Notes: generated from the sequence alone by a model not told the origin. Numbered from the stretch's first letter, positions 10,809 through 20,321 are shown. The stretch: DNA of 64,000 nucleotides from Gemmatimonadota bacterium (GCA_031372565.1 JANMLN010000201.1:1-64000); one strand, 5' to 3'. Numbers and translations: made by a program.

Positions 10809-11613
10809 GACCGAGACGATCGCGCGCGACCTGGACGCCGCGCTCCGCGGTGTCCGGATCGGCGAGATGCATGCGCCGCACGCGGACGTGCTGAGGCTCG
10901 CGACCACGCATGCGTTCGCGGCGCGCGTCAGCGCCCAGACGATCACGCGCGCGTGGCGCCGCGCGAAGCTCGTGGTCCTCGACCTCGATGGCGGCGACCG
11001 CATCGTGGTACAGCCGCGCTTCACCGGAGCGCTGCTGCTCGATCCGAGCCCCGCGGACGACGATCACTACGTGGCGGTGCGCTGGGCGCTGTCGGACGCG
11101 CGCGCACTGGTGTACCGTGACGTGCGGCGTCTTGGTACCGTCGCCCTCATGACGCCCAGCCAGTGGATCGCCTACGAGCGCGCCCTCGGCCCCGAGCCGC
11201 TCGATGACGCCTTCACGGGCGCGGTGCTGCGCGATCGACTCAAGGGTTCACATCGACCGATCAAGGCGGTACTGATGGATCAACGGGCCGTGGCCGGGAT
11301 CGGGAACATCTACGCGACGGAAGCGCTCTGGCGCGCCGGCATCGACCCGTCACGCGCCGCCATCACCCTCTCCGCAGCCGACGCCGACGTGCTGACGCGC
11401 GAACTCCGGTCCACCTTGCGCGCCGCGATCGCCGCACGCGGGACGACGTTTCGTGACTACCGCGACGCCCTGGGGGGACGCGGCGCGTTTGCCGAACAGT
11501 TGCAGGCGTACGGCCGCGGCGGGGCGCCATGCGGCCGCTGCGGTGTCCGGTTGGCCGCGACCATGGCCATCGATGGTCGCACCACGGTGTTCTGCGCCTG
11601 GTGTCAGCGGTGA
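10792..11613 (+). CDS. mutM: Formamidopyrimidine-DNA glycosylase / AP lyase
   Basis: GTG start giving PELPETE N-terminus, H2TH motif AGIGNIYATEALWRAGIDP, C-terminal CxxC...CxxCQ zinc finger. Confidence 0.95.
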   Translation: MPELPETETIARDLDAALRGVRIGEMHAPHADVLRLATTHAFAARVSAQTITRAWRRAKLVVLDLDGGDRIVVQPRFTGALLLDPSPADDDHYVAVRWALSDARALVYRDVRRLGTVALMTPSQWIAYERALGPEPLDDAFTGAVLRDRLKGSHRPIKAVLMDQRAVAGIGNIYATEALWRAGIDPSRAAITLSAADADVLTRELRSTLRAAIAARGTTFRDYRDALGGRGAFAEQLQAYGRGGAPCGRCGVRLAATMAIDGRTTVFCAWCQR

Positions 11614-12734
11614 GCCGTCGCCGCCACGGCAATCGCCCCGATCCGGCGCACCTCGACCGCCTCCGCGCGACGGTCGCAGAGGGCGCGGAGCAGCGCCCCG
11701 CCGTGTACCGCATGATCGCCGCGGATGGCGAGATCGTCTACGTCGGCAAGTCCAAGCAGCTGCGCGCACGCCTGCTCTCGTACTTCCGGGGAAGCTGGCC
11801 CGCCGACAAGGGGATGCGCATCCTCGCGGCGGCGGACCGCATCGAGTGGACCTATGTACCGAGCGAGTTCGCCGCGCTGCGCGAGGAGCTCGCACAGATC
11901 AAGAAGTGGCGCCCACGATCGAACGTGATGGGCAAGCGCGATGCACGGCACTATGCCTTCCTGCGGCTGACCGCCGGGCGCGCCCCCCGGCTGCAGGTGG
12001 TGCGCGGCGCTGGCGACGGGCGGGGCTTCTTTTACGGACCCTTCGTCGGGGCGGTGCGGCTGGCCGATGCGGTGCGCGAACTGTCCGATGCACTCGGCCT
12101 GCGCGATTGCACGCTCGACCGGCGCATGGCCTTCGATGACCAGCGCGAGCTGTTCACGCATCACGCGCGCACCCCCGGCTGCATTCGCTACGAGATCAAG
12201 CGATGCCTCGGGCCCTGCATCGCGGCCTGCTCGTCGGTGGCGTACGATGAGCGCGTCACGCTCGCGCGGGGGTTTCTCGATGGCAGCGACACGCGCCCGC
12301 TCGACGTGCTGCGCGCCCAGATGACCGCCGCCAGCGACGCGCTCGAGTACGAACAGGCCGCGTCGTATCGCGACAAGCTTCAGCGACTCGAGGGGCTGCG
12401 CGCCTCGTTCGACCGACTGCGCTTCGCGGTCGAGACGCTGACCTTCGCGTACCCGGTGGCCGGGCACTACGGCGAAGACGTGATCTATCTCGTGCGGCGC
12501 GGCCGCGTCGTGGATCAGGTGAGCGCCGACGGGCGGCTCGAGAACGCAGAGGCCCTCACCGAGCTGGCCCGTTCGATCGAGTCGCAGCCCGGATCGCGTG
12601 GGACCGCCATTCCCCCGCATGAGATCGACGAGCTGCTCCTGCTGTCGAGCTGGTTCCGGCAGCACCCAGGCGAGCTCGCGCGCGCCGTGCGCGCCGATGG
12701 CAGCCGGGTTGCCGCGTTGGCCGAGAGTGCGTAG
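11610..12734 (+). CDS. UvrC N-terminal-like (Cho-like) GIY-YIG endonuclease with Cys-rich region and UVR domain
   Basis: PAVY...VYVGKSKQLRARLLSYF, YGPF, LRDC...CIRYEIKRCLGPC, ALEYEQAASYRD; lacks RNase H and HhH domains of full UvrC. Confidence 0.85.
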   Translation: MSRRRHGNRPDPAHLDRLRATVAEGAEQRPAVYRMIAADGEIVYVGKSKQLRARLLSYFRGSWPADKGMRILAAADRIEWTYVPSEFAALREELAQIKKWRPRSNVMGKRDARHYAFLRLTAGRAPRLQVVRGAGDGRGFFYGPFVGAVRLADAVRELSDALGLRDCTLDRRMAFDDQRELFTHHARTPGCIRYEIKRCLGPCIAACSSVAYDERVTLARGFLDGSDTRPLDVLRAQMTAASDALEYEQAASYRDKLQRLEGLRASFDRLRFAVETLTFAYPVAGHYGEDVIYLVRRGRVVDQVSADGRLENAEALTELARSIESQPGSRGTAIPPHEIDELLLLSSWFRQHPGELARAVRADGSRVAALAESA

Positions 12735-12761
12735 TGAACGGCTGAAGCCGGGCAGGCGCGC

Positions 12762-12801
12762 TTGACTCCGTGTGATTATAGACTAAGCTACTAGCTAAGT
12801 C
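12762..12801 (+). promoter_or_regulatory. Putative sigma70 promoter with overlapping inverted-repeat operator for the TA operon
   Basis: TTGACT (12762-67), 16 nt, TAAGCT (12784-89); GACTAAGCTA-C-TAGCTAAGTC imperfect palindrome (12781-12801) covers the -10. Confidence 0.65.
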
Positions 12802-12815
12802 TAAAGGAGCAATGA

Positions 12816-13160
12816 TTGGAGCCCCCCCGCAATGTTCGGGTTGTGAACGTCCATGAAGCCAAGACCACATTGTCTCGGCTGATCGAACGTGCCCTTCTCG
12901 GAGAAGAGATCATGATTGCCAAGAACCATGTCCCCGTCGTCAAGCTCGTCCCCGTAAACACCGCACCCCCGGTGCGCGTGCTGGGGGCGCTCGCGGGCAA
13001 GATTCACATGAGCGACGACTTCGACGCGCCCGGCACGCTCATCGACGACTTCGAAGGCTCCGACGACGATCCGCTCCGGCCGGATCTTTATCCGGCCATC
13101 GCGGTGCCGGTACGATTGGTCGCCGAGCAGCCGGTCGGACGGCGGAAGCGGCGCCCGTGA
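12816..13160 (+). CDS. Type II antitoxin, Phd/YefM (prevent-host-death) family
   Basis: VNVHEAKTTLSRLIERALLGEEIMIAK...PVVKLVP, MSDDFDAP; directly upstream of a PIN toxin; start uncertain. Confidence 0.9.
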   Translation: MEPPRNVRVVNVHEAKTTLSRLIERALLGEEIMIAKNHVPVVKLVPVNTAPPVRVLGALAGKIHMSDDFDAPGTLIDDFEGSDDDPLRPDLYPAIAVPVRLVAEQPVGRRKRRP

Positions 13161-13543
13161 GAGCGCTGCTCGACACCCACGCCCTGCTGTGGATGCTGAG
13201 CGATCCGGCTCGGCTCTCGCCGCGCGCGCGGCGCACCTGCGCCGACGCGCGTACGGCGCTCTACGTCAGCGTTGCCTCTGCCTGGGAGGTGGCCATCAAA
13301 CTGGGGCGAGGCTCGCTGCGGCTGGACGTCGCGCTGGCCGAGTTGTTCTCCACGCACCTGCACGCCGCGCGCGTAGAGATGCTGGACATCAAGCTGTCAC
13401 ACGCGCTCGAGGTAGCGGCTCTTTCGCCCGTGCACCGTGATCCGTTCGATCGGTTGCTCGTGGCGACCGCGCGACTTGAGGGCCTCCCCGTGATCTCCGC
13501 CGACCGCGCGTTTGATGGCTACGGTGTCGAGCGCGTGTGGTAG
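13157..13543 (+). CDS. vapC: Type II toxin, VapC PIN-domain ribonuclease
   Basis: LLDTHALLW, SVASAWEVAIK, HRDPFDRLLVA, ISADRAF; GTGA overlap with antitoxin. Confidence 0.92.
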   Translation: MRALLDTHALLWMLSDPARLSPRARRTCADARTALYVSVASAWEVAIKLGRGSLRLDVALAELFSTHLHAARVEMLDIKLSHALEVAALSPVHRDPFDRLLVATARLEGLPVISADRAFDGYGVERVW

Positions 13544-13549
13544 GAGCCG

Positions 13550-14125
13550 CTACGTCGTGCGTTCGTCGGCGCGCGCGGCGGTGAGGGCATCGAGCAGGGT
13601 GCGCAACGGCGCCAAGGCTGGCACCGCATCGGTGGCTTTCACGCCGTAGGTCAGGTTGAAGGCGTAATCGAAGTCCGGCGGGTTCGCCCCCTGGACGTGC
13701 TGCATGATCGTTTCGAGCTTGTCGAGCGCCTTCGCGGCGAGCGCCTCGGGGGTGCGGGCCGCTTCGTACTCCTCCCACAATTCCAGCATCTCGGCGCTCA
13801 GCTCGGCGCTCAGGGGCGACAGGAGCGAGACGAGGTCGGCGCGTTCGCGGGTCGCCTTGGGAGGCGCCCCAACCTGATCCGGAGCTGGAACGTCGCCCGA
13901 GACTGCTTCCGCGAGATCATGCACGATGAGGATCCGCATGAGCCGAGCGTGATCCACGCCGGGGAGCTGGTCCTCCATCAGCATGGCGAGCAGGCAGAGT
14001 CGCCAGGTGTGGGCGGCTGTCGTCTCTTGGTGTCCACTCGCGGTCCAGGCGCTGCGGGTGGTGCTCTTGAGCGCTTCCGCACCGCGGAGGAAGGCGATGA
14101 TCCCGGGGAGCGTCGATGGTGTCAT
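13550..14125 (-). CDS. HD-domain phosphohydrolase (YfbR/HDDC2-like 5'-deoxynucleotidase)
   Basis: ETTAAHTWRL, VHDLAEAVSGD, LWEEYE, KALDKLE. Confidence 0.85.
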   Translation of the reverse strand: MTPSTLPGIIAFLRGAEALKSTTRSAWTASGHQETTAAHTWRLCLLAMLMEDQLPGVDHARLMRILIVHDLAEAVSGDVPAPDQVGAPPKATRERADLVSLLSPLSAELSAEMLELWEEYEAARTPEALAAKALDKLETIMQHVQGANPPDFDYAFNLTYGVKATDAVPALAPLRTLLDALTAARADERTT

Positions 14126-14153
14126 GGAGTAGATGCGTCGGAGCCTGTTGCAG

Positions 14154-14564
14154 TCAGCGGGATCGCTTGCGTGCCGGGCGCTTCGGTGCGGCGTTGTCCG
14201 CCTCGAGCATCGGCAGCAGCTTCTTCGGCGCCACGCGCCGCCACGCGTCGCGGATCAGTTCGCGGCACTCCTCCCAATCGACATCGCCGTCGAGCCAGAC
14301 GCCGATCCATCCACTCGGCCCCACATACGGGGGCGAGAAGAACCGATCGGGCCGGTCGGCGATCATGAGGAGCTGGTTCTCCTTCGATGCGTGGAGCCAG
14401 ACCGCGGGTCGCCCGCGGCCGTGGTGCGTGGTCGCGCTGGCGTGCATGGCGAAGATCTTCCCGCCAATGATGCGAAAGGTCGGTTCGCCCCACGCCAGCT
14501 TCTCGTACGTTTCCGGCAGCGCGAGACAGAGCGTGCGCAGGCGTTCGACGTCCGATGGCGCCAT
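14154..14564 (-). CDS. MmcQ/YjbR family protein
   Basis: LRTLCLALPETYEKLAWGEPTFR..GKIFA, PPYVGPSGWIGV, DWEECRELIRDAWR. Confidence 0.85.
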   Translation of the reverse strand: MAPSDVERLRTLCLALPETYEKLAWGEPTFRIIGGKIFAMHASATTHHGRGRPAVWLHASKENQLLMIADRPDRFFSPPYVGPSGWIGVWLDGDVDWEECRELIRDAWRRVAPKKLLPMLEADNAAPKRPARKRSR

Positions 14565-14947
14565 CAGCCGGTCAACGGATCGTGCGCGAAGCAATGCGAC
14601 CGCACGACCTTTCCGCCGATGACGTGCTCGTCGATGATCCGGTCGAGCACGTCCTCGGTGACCGAGTGGTACCAGACGCCGTCGGGATAGACGACGGCGA
14701 GTGGCCCGGCGACGCAGAACTGCAGGCAGGTGGCTCGGGATCGCAGCAGCGCGGGCGCACCGGATTTCGCCAGTTCTCCCGCGCGTTTCTTGAGATGTTT
14801 CCAGGTACGCTCCCCATCCTTGCCGTCGCAGCACTTCTCGCCGGCGCACAACACGATGTGTCGCCCGGCGGCAGCCGTGCCATCCGTCGCGATGCCGCGG
14901 TCGGCGACCTTGGCGGCCAGCTTCTCAAGATCACGTGCGCGAGACAT
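14564..14947 (-). CDS. Thioredoxin-like (2Fe-2S) ferredoxin
   Basis: HIVLC...[22 protein letters not shown]...[10 protein letters not shown]. Confidence 0.87.
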   Translation of the reverse strand: MSRARDLEKLAAKVADRGIATDGTAAAGRHIVLCAGEKCCDGKDGERTWKHLKKRAGELAKSGAPALLRSRATCLQFCVAGPLAVVYPDGVWYHSVTEDVLDRIIDEHVIGGKVVRSHCFAHDPLTG

Positions 14948-14993
14948 GGAGGGGCGATCAGGGGAGCGGTGCGCGGCAAATGACGAGCGGAAG

Positions 14994-15737
14994 CTAAGGG
15001 CGCACCCCGATGTCGCGCAGGCGGCCGCGGGCCTCGCCGTTGGTCGAGTCCCGCCGGATCGCCTCGCGAAACGAGCTGGCCGCCCCGGACGTATCCCCCT
15101 TCATGAGGAGGACGTTACCGCGACTCACGCTCGTCGCCGACGACGCGGGAAAGAACTCCTCGTTGAGCGTGAGCAGCGCGAGCGCATCCTCGTGCTTCCC
15201 TCGTTGCGCCGTGCGGAAGGCTGCCGTCGTCAGCGAGGGTTCACCGAAGTCGTAGGCATCGCGTCCGTAGAACCGCTGCCGCAGCGCACGGTACGTGCGC
15301 ATGGCGGAATCACCGCCGGCGGCAAGGGCGACCTCGGACAGCAGCTGTCCCAGCGCAATGGGGCGCGCGACTCCGCGGTGGCATGTGGCGCAGGTGACCG
15401 CAGGCCCGCCGGCCACGCGACCGGGTATGGAGTCGAGGCGCCGATTGATCTCGCCGACCATCTGCATCATCTGTCGCGCCACGAGCTTGGTACGCTTGTC
15501 ATCGCTCGCGAAGTCCACCGTGGCAAGCGGCTTCCCCTCCTCACCGAGATGACAGTGCGTGCAGCGCACGCCGAGTGCACCGCTGAAGTTGCGCATGGCC
15601 CCGATCAGCTGCTGGGGCGGTGTGGACTTGGCGAACACTCGCACGTTCCGGAGCGAGTCCGGCGGAAACTTGCCCGGCTGGGCAGACACCGATGGAGCGG
15701 TGATCGCGAGCGCGAGCAGAACGAGGCGTGCGCGCAT
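14994..15737 (-). CDS. Exported dihaem c-type cytochrome with C-terminal TPR-like helices
   Basis: Signal peptide, CTHCH and CATCH haem motifs, [21 protein letters not shown]-like C-terminus. Confidence 0.8.
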   Translation of the reverse strand: MRARLVLLALAITAPSVSAQPGKFPPDSLRNVRVFAKSTPPQQLIGAMRNFSGALGVRCTHCHLGEEGKPLATVDFASDDKRTKLVARQMMQMVGEINRRLDSIPGRVAGGPAVTCATCHRGVARPIALGQLLSEVALAAGGDSAMRTYRALRQRFYGRDAYDFGEPSLTTAAFRTAQRGKHEDALALLTLNEEFFPASSATSVSRGNVLLMKGDTSGAASSFREAIRRDSTNGEARGRLRDIGVRP

Positions 15738-15819
15738 GGGAACGTCTCCGGCAAAGTGAGGCGTGATGTCATCGGCAACGGTACCGCCCTCGGATGCGGA
15801 AGGCGAGTACTGCGTTCCC

Positions 15820-16260
15820 CTACCCCGCCGCACCAATCTCGTTCGACGACGTTGCGGGCGGGCAGCCCGGTGTGACCCAGAGCCAGAGCACTCCTGCGAT
15901 GATGCCCAGCAGGCCGCCGATCTGCAGCGCGCGCTCCCAGCCGATCCACGCCGCCAACCGGGGCGTCAGCCTCGGCGAGATGAAGCCCCTGACGTTGCTG
16001 CCGAAGTTCATGATGCCGCCAGCGGTGCCCGTGTCCTCACCCTCCAGCGTGAGCATCGTGGCCCAGAACGGGCCCTCGCGGTCGCGCGCGACGCAGAGGG
16101 GCGCGTCATCGGGCGCCGCGACGACCGCAAGACACGCGGTGAGGTCGCGGCCGAGTGTGCGCCACGGATCCGACGACGCCATGAGGGTGGCCGCCCACAG
16201 CCGATCCTCAAGCGAGGCCGGTGCGATGGTCACCTCGAGTGGCACGAGCGGCGAAGACAT
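15820..16260 (-). pseudogene. Chimeric remnant: GNAT-acetyltransferase-like N-terminus fused to C-terminal helices of an MFS transporter
   Basis: AATLMASSDPWRTLGRD (GNAT-like start) then EGPFWAT...GTAGGIMNFGSNV.GFISP.LTP...GW..AL (MFS TM10-12-like); neither domain complete. Confidence 0.6.
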
Positions 16261-16371
16261 GTGCCACTCTCCGCTGCGGGTCCGGTGCACGCCATGGGGC
16301 GGCGTGCAGCGTGGGGCAGCGGAGGGCGCCGTCCGCGGAGACCGCCAGCGCCGCGGCGGGCGCGTCGTCGC

Positions 16372-17121
16372 TCAGCCGGCGGTCGCGCCCTCGCGCGCGA
16401 GACTCGCGGCGACTTCCGCCTTTCGACGACCCTCTTCGAGTTCCTGCCTGAGCTGCTCCGTACACTGGGTCAGGACCTGCGTCGTGTGTCGCAGCACCTC
16501 CAGTTCGGCCTCGGCCCGCATGCGGCCGTCCCGGTCGGCCTGGAAACGGCGAGCATGGCGCACCGCGCGGGTCACGCGTCGCGCATACCCCTCGAAGGTG
16601 CGGCGCTCCACCGGGTCGAACTGCCGAGCCGAGTGGTGCGCGAGGAACGACAGGACGCCGATGATCTCGCTGCCGTCGAGCAGCCCCACGATGATGCTGG
16701 CCATCTCGCGCGGTTCGTTCATGGCATCCTCGGAGCGACGGGCAAACACCGTATGCATGAGCGTATCGCCGCTCGCGAGCACCGCGGACACCGGCGACCG
16801 CACCGCAGGCGGCGGCGGCAAGTGCTCGTCGGCGAACGCGCGCTGCGCCTGATCGAGCGAGGGATCGGCATGCTGGGTGACCACCCGCCGGGTGCCGTCA
16901 TCCGTGACGACGAGATCGAGCACGCAGATGTGGGCCAGTTGGGGCACGGGCAGCTGGACCGCTGCACGGATCACCGACTCGAGGTCGACTCGTTCAGCGA
17001 GCGCCTCGCTGGCATCGGCGAGAAAGAGGTCCAGGCTGGCTGTCGTCGATTGGAACGGAACGGACATCGCCACCGCGGGTGAGGGCGAGGGCGTGAGGCG
17101 TCGGTCAGCGGTCAGGGTCAT
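16372..17121 (-). CDS. Stand-alone GAF-domain protein with C-terminal coiled coil
   Basis: FLADASEALA..VDLESVIRAAVQLPVPQLAHICVLDL...IIGVLSF...FDPVERRTFE..ARR, typical of sensor-kinase GAF modules; no kinase domain. Confidence 0.65.
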   Translation of the reverse strand: MTLTADRRLTPSPSPAVAMSVPFQSTTASLDLFLADASEALAERVDLESVIRAAVQLPVPQLAHICVLDLVVTDDGTRRVVTQHADPSLDQAQRAFADEHLPPPPAVRSPVSAVLASGDTLMHTVFARRSEDAMNEPREMASIIVGLLDGSEIIGVLSFLAHHSARQFDPVERRTFEGYARRVTRAVRHARRFQADRDGRMRAEAELEVLRHTTQVLTQCTEQLRQELEEGRRKAEVAASLAREGATAG

Positions 17122-17174
17122 GGCAGGGAGCGGCGAGAGGGGGGAAGACAACACGAATCAACCTCGGCGCGCGC

Positions 17175-18842
17175 TCACGGATTGAGGCGAACGACCCCCA
17201 CTTGCACCTGCCATTCCACCGCCGTGGCTTCGCCACTCGGCCGTCGCACGGCGAGCCGGGTTCCGCCCGTTGGCACCGTGAGGCGGAAGTACTCCGTCGC
17301 CCCGGGACGCAGTGTCGCCCGTCGCATGGAGGTGAGCGGGAGGGGCGCGAGCGGATAGCCGGATCCCAAGCCAGGCCGCGCGACGAGCAGTGCCGCGAAC
17401 AACTCCCGCAAGTTGCGTGAACGAAAGCGTCGCGCCGACAGCAGCGGTGGCCGAGGCATGCCGGGGACGGAATCGAGCCAGACGGCCATGCCGAAGTCGG
17501 CGAGCAGTTGCTTCATCGGGGCGCCGGCAACCGCTTCGACGTTGGCCGTGCCCCACCGGTTGGTCTGCACCAGGCTGCGCGTCGCCGTTGCGCCGACGCG
17601 ATCGACCAGCCACCGCGAGAACAACCACGATGCGCCGCGCTCCTCGAGCCCGCCCAGGCTGCCCGCGGCATAGCGGACGGGCGAGTATGCACTCGGCACC
17701 AGCAGCCAACGATAGCTGTTGGCGAGATTCGACATGATGAAATCGCCGGCAGAGTCCGGAAAGAGCTGCGCGCTGCTCGTGCGGCCCATCGGCGCCGGAT
17801 ACCGCGCCTCGTAGAATCTCGCCGCGAGTTCCTCCGCGAGGTGGCTGAGCCCCTCGTTGAGCCAGGTCTCTTCGGCAATGCTCCCGCGTGCAACAGCGTG
17901 CTGGCCGTAGGAAATCATGTGTTGCAACTCGTGCACGAACGTCGCGGGGAGCTGTCGCTGCACCTCCGCCACCGAGTGCGGACACGAAAACACGCCGGAG
18001 GGATCGGGCACGTACGAGAAGAAGATCTCGCCCTGATTGGACTCTGCGGCGGTGCTGGCGATATCGAAAGCGTAGAAGTATCCCGTCACGAACCCGCTTC
18101 GCGCACAGTCCACCTGCGAGACGAGTGCGTTGACGCGCGGCGAGAAGAGCACGATGACGCGGCCATTGCCGTCGACATCCGAAGGCTCGCCGAAGGCGAC
18201 GGTGTCGATGCCGTACAGCGGATGCTCGAGGTGTGCGCCCAGCGCGGCCCAGTCGGCGTCGGTCCAGACGGCGGGCGTATTCACATCCACGTAGGTGAGG
18301 ACGCGGGAGCCGCGGTAGACGAGGCGCGCGGGCGCTTTCACGTACGTGTACGGTGGGGACAGGTTCGCGATCACCTGGAACGTGTCGATGGACCCAAGCA
18401 CCGGCACCGCGCGTGTGAGCGCACGCGTGGTGAGCGACCGTTGTTGGGGCCCGAGACTGCGGCGGGACCAGCGCTGCTCGGCCTCCCGGAGCGATGCCTC
18501 GAACGCGAGCGGGATCGCCGATGGTGCCGCTCCGGGCGCGACCACCGAGGATGCCGCGTTGACGCGAGCACCCGGCCGAGCCACGTCCACCGCGTACCCG
18601 CCGAACCCGAGCGTGCTCGTGCCGAGTTGCACGCTCACGAGATAGTCACCCGCACCGCCGTCGATCTGCAGACAGGCCGTGGACGCGCCGACGACCACGA
18701 CCCCGGTATCGAGACCAGCGGCGAGCCGGGTCGGCGCGGTTGACGACCCGCAGGCATCGGGACCGGTTGCGACGTCGCTCCCGTTCGCACACGCACCGCC
18801 GGCGATGCATCCGACGACCAGCAGGAGGCGCGCGGCGCTCAT
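17175..18842 (-). CDS. Lipoprotein zinc metallopeptidase (gluzincin, M30-like)
   Basis: Lipobox AGAC, DVDGNGRVIVLF, GYF, HELQH followed by WLNEGLSHLAE. Confidence 0.8.
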   Translation of the reverse strand: MSAARLLLVVGCIAGGACANGSDVATGPDACGSSTAPTRLAAGLDTGVVVVGASTACLQIDGGAGDYLVSVQLGTSTLGFGGYAVDVARPGARVNAASSVVAPGAAPSAIPLAFEASLREAEQRWSRRSLGPQQRSLTTRALTRAVPVLGSIDTFQVIANLSPPYTYVKAPARLVYRGSRVLTYVDVNTPAVWTDADWAALGAHLEHPLYGIDTVAFGEPSDVDGNGRVIVLFSPRVNALVSQVDCARSGFVTGYFYAFDIASTAAESNQGEIFFSYVPDPSGVFSCPHSVAEVQRQLPATFVHELQHMISYGQHAVARGSIAEETWLNEGLSHLAEELAARFYEARYPAPMGRTSSAQLFPDSAGDFIMSNLANSYRWLLVPSAYSPVRYAAGSLGGLEERGASWLFSRWLVDRVGATATRSLVQTNRWGTANVEAVAGAPMKQLLADFGMAVWLDSVPGMPRPPLLSARRFRSRNLRELFAALLVARPGLGSGYPLAPLPLTSMRRATLRPGATEYFRLTVPTGGTRLAVRRPSGEATAVEWQVQVGVVRLNP

Positions 18843-20209
18843 CGGATGAGGTCCGTGTCGACGAGACGCGTCATGTTGCCGCGCGCGTCGAGCAGGTACA
18901 CGATCACCGACAGGAAGTCTCCGTACTCGGGCCGGCCGCCGCCCAGCGGGATCGAGGGGAGCACGTTCCCGCGCACGCCGTTGACGGCCAGGATGCCGAA
19001 CTCGGGCCTGCCGTCGATCGCCTGACCCAGTGCCCCGTCGCGCAGGGTGAAGGCAATGAAGGCACCGACGAAGTCGTCGTCGGGATCCAGCACGCTCAGC
19101 GTCATCGCAACGGACGAGGTCCCGTTGAAGACCGCGTTGAAGCGAATCGCCTGCGGTGCCTGCGCGCTATCGGTGGAGAGCGGCAGCTCGAACGTGGGGC
19201 TGGAGTTGCCGGCGAGGTCGATGGCACGGAAGGAGGCGCACGCGTTGCGTGCCACCGCGTCGGGCAGGCCCGGCTCGATGGCTGCGACGATCGTGACGGT
19301 GTCGGGCCCCACGAGCGAGGTGGCGACACCGGCGCGTGTCCGTGCGCCCGTGGGCAGCAGGCTGGCCCCGCGGCAGTCGGTGAGGTCGACGGTGTAGCGG
19401 TCCACGTCGCGGTTGGGATCGGCGACGCGCGCGACGAAGCCAAGGGCACCGTGCCGATAGCTCGCGGCCAGCGACACCACGCTTGGCCGATCGGCGGGAT
19501 TCGAGCAGTCCACGAACAACGTGAGCTCGGCGCCGCCCCGAGGCGGAACCATCACCAGCGGGGCGGTACCACCGGTGCTGATGACGCCGCACCGCTGCGG
19601 GAGGCTGCGCAGCTCCAGCCGATACGTGGCGGGTGCGACGTCATCGAGGTAGAGCGAGTCGGTGGGCTGCATGACGGCATCCCGCACCACGCTGTCCCCG
19701 ACCGAGACGCGGAGTGCGTAGGCCTGCGTCGGCACATTGCCCAGCGTCTTCGTGCGCACGACGAGCGACGGGAGACAGGTGACATTGAAACGAACGATCG
19801 ATGTGTTGGCGTCGGCGAACAGGACGGCCTCACGGATCGTACCGTCGCGCGAGTTGCAGCGAAGCGGGAGCCCATCGAGGTCGATACGGTAGGCTGCGGG
19901 TGGCAGCGAGAGAATGACCGTGTCGCGCGGTGCACGCGCGAGGACCGTATCGACGATGGACGGGGCTGACAGCATCCGCACCCGGTAGCGCACGACACTC
20001 GGTAGCGTGCCCGCGTCCGGGCCGGAGATGCGCGGAAGGATGGCGAGGTACGGTGGCCCGCCCTGTGCCGGCCCTTGTGGGTCGGTGCACGCCTGCACGC
20101 ACACAAGCAGGAGCACGCGTGCGACCGTCGTGACCGCCCGAACGCGTGGACGGATCCGCCGCCAGCTTGTCTCGTGGTTATCGAGGGGTACCGATCGCAG
20201 GTGTGACAA
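18839..20209 (-). CDS. Putative lipoprotein with tandem Ig-like modules (start uncertain)
   Basis: Lipobox VQAC; two LPxRC...C modules then two DPxxD...DxxGN modules; overlaps downstream peptidase start. Confidence 0.7.
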   Translation of the reverse strand: MSHLRSVPLDNHETSWRRIRPRVRAVTTVARVLLLVCVQACTDPQGPAQGGPPYLAILPRISGPDAGTLPSVVRYRVRMLSAPSIVDTVLARAPRDTVILSLPPAAYRIDLDGLPLRCNSRDGTIREAVLFADANTSIVRFNVTCLPSLVVRTKTLGNVPTQAYALRVSVGDSVVRDAVMQPTDSLYLDDVAPATYRLELRSLPQRCGVISTGGTAPLVMVPPRGGAELTLFVDCSNPADRPSVVSLAASYRHGALGFVARVADPNRDVDRYTVDLTDCRGASLLPTGARTRAGVATSLVGPDTVTIVAAIEPGLPDAVARNACASFRAIDLAGNSSPTFELPLSTDSAQAPQAIRFNAVFNGTSSVAMTLSVLDPDDDFVGAFIAFTLRDGALGQAIDGRPEFGILAVNGVRGNVLPSIPLGGGRPEYGDFLSVIVYLLDARGNMTRLVDTDLIR

Positions 20210-20294
20210 AGTCCTTCAACTTCGGCAGCACTGGGTCGGAACGCGAGCGACGCAGCGGTTCATTTACCGAAGTGGGACGCAACCGGAAGTTTTC

Positions 20295-20321
20295 GTAACG
20301 CTTGCATGACGGATACGTAAA
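20295..20321 (-). promoter_or_regulatory. PhoB/OmpR-type tandem direct repeats (Pho-box-like)
   Basis: Minus strand TTTAC-N6-GTCAT-N6-GTTAC with exact 11-bp period, upstream of the 18839-20209 gene. Confidence 0.5.

Noticed and set aside
14994..15737. Photosynthetic reaction-centre cytochrome (PufC) as evidence of phototrophy
   Set aside because: Only two haem motifs rather than four, and no puf/bch/crt genes in the window.
12735..17174. Prophage or integrative element around the TA module
   Set aside because: No integrase, transposase, phage gene, tRNA target or flanking direct repeats seen.
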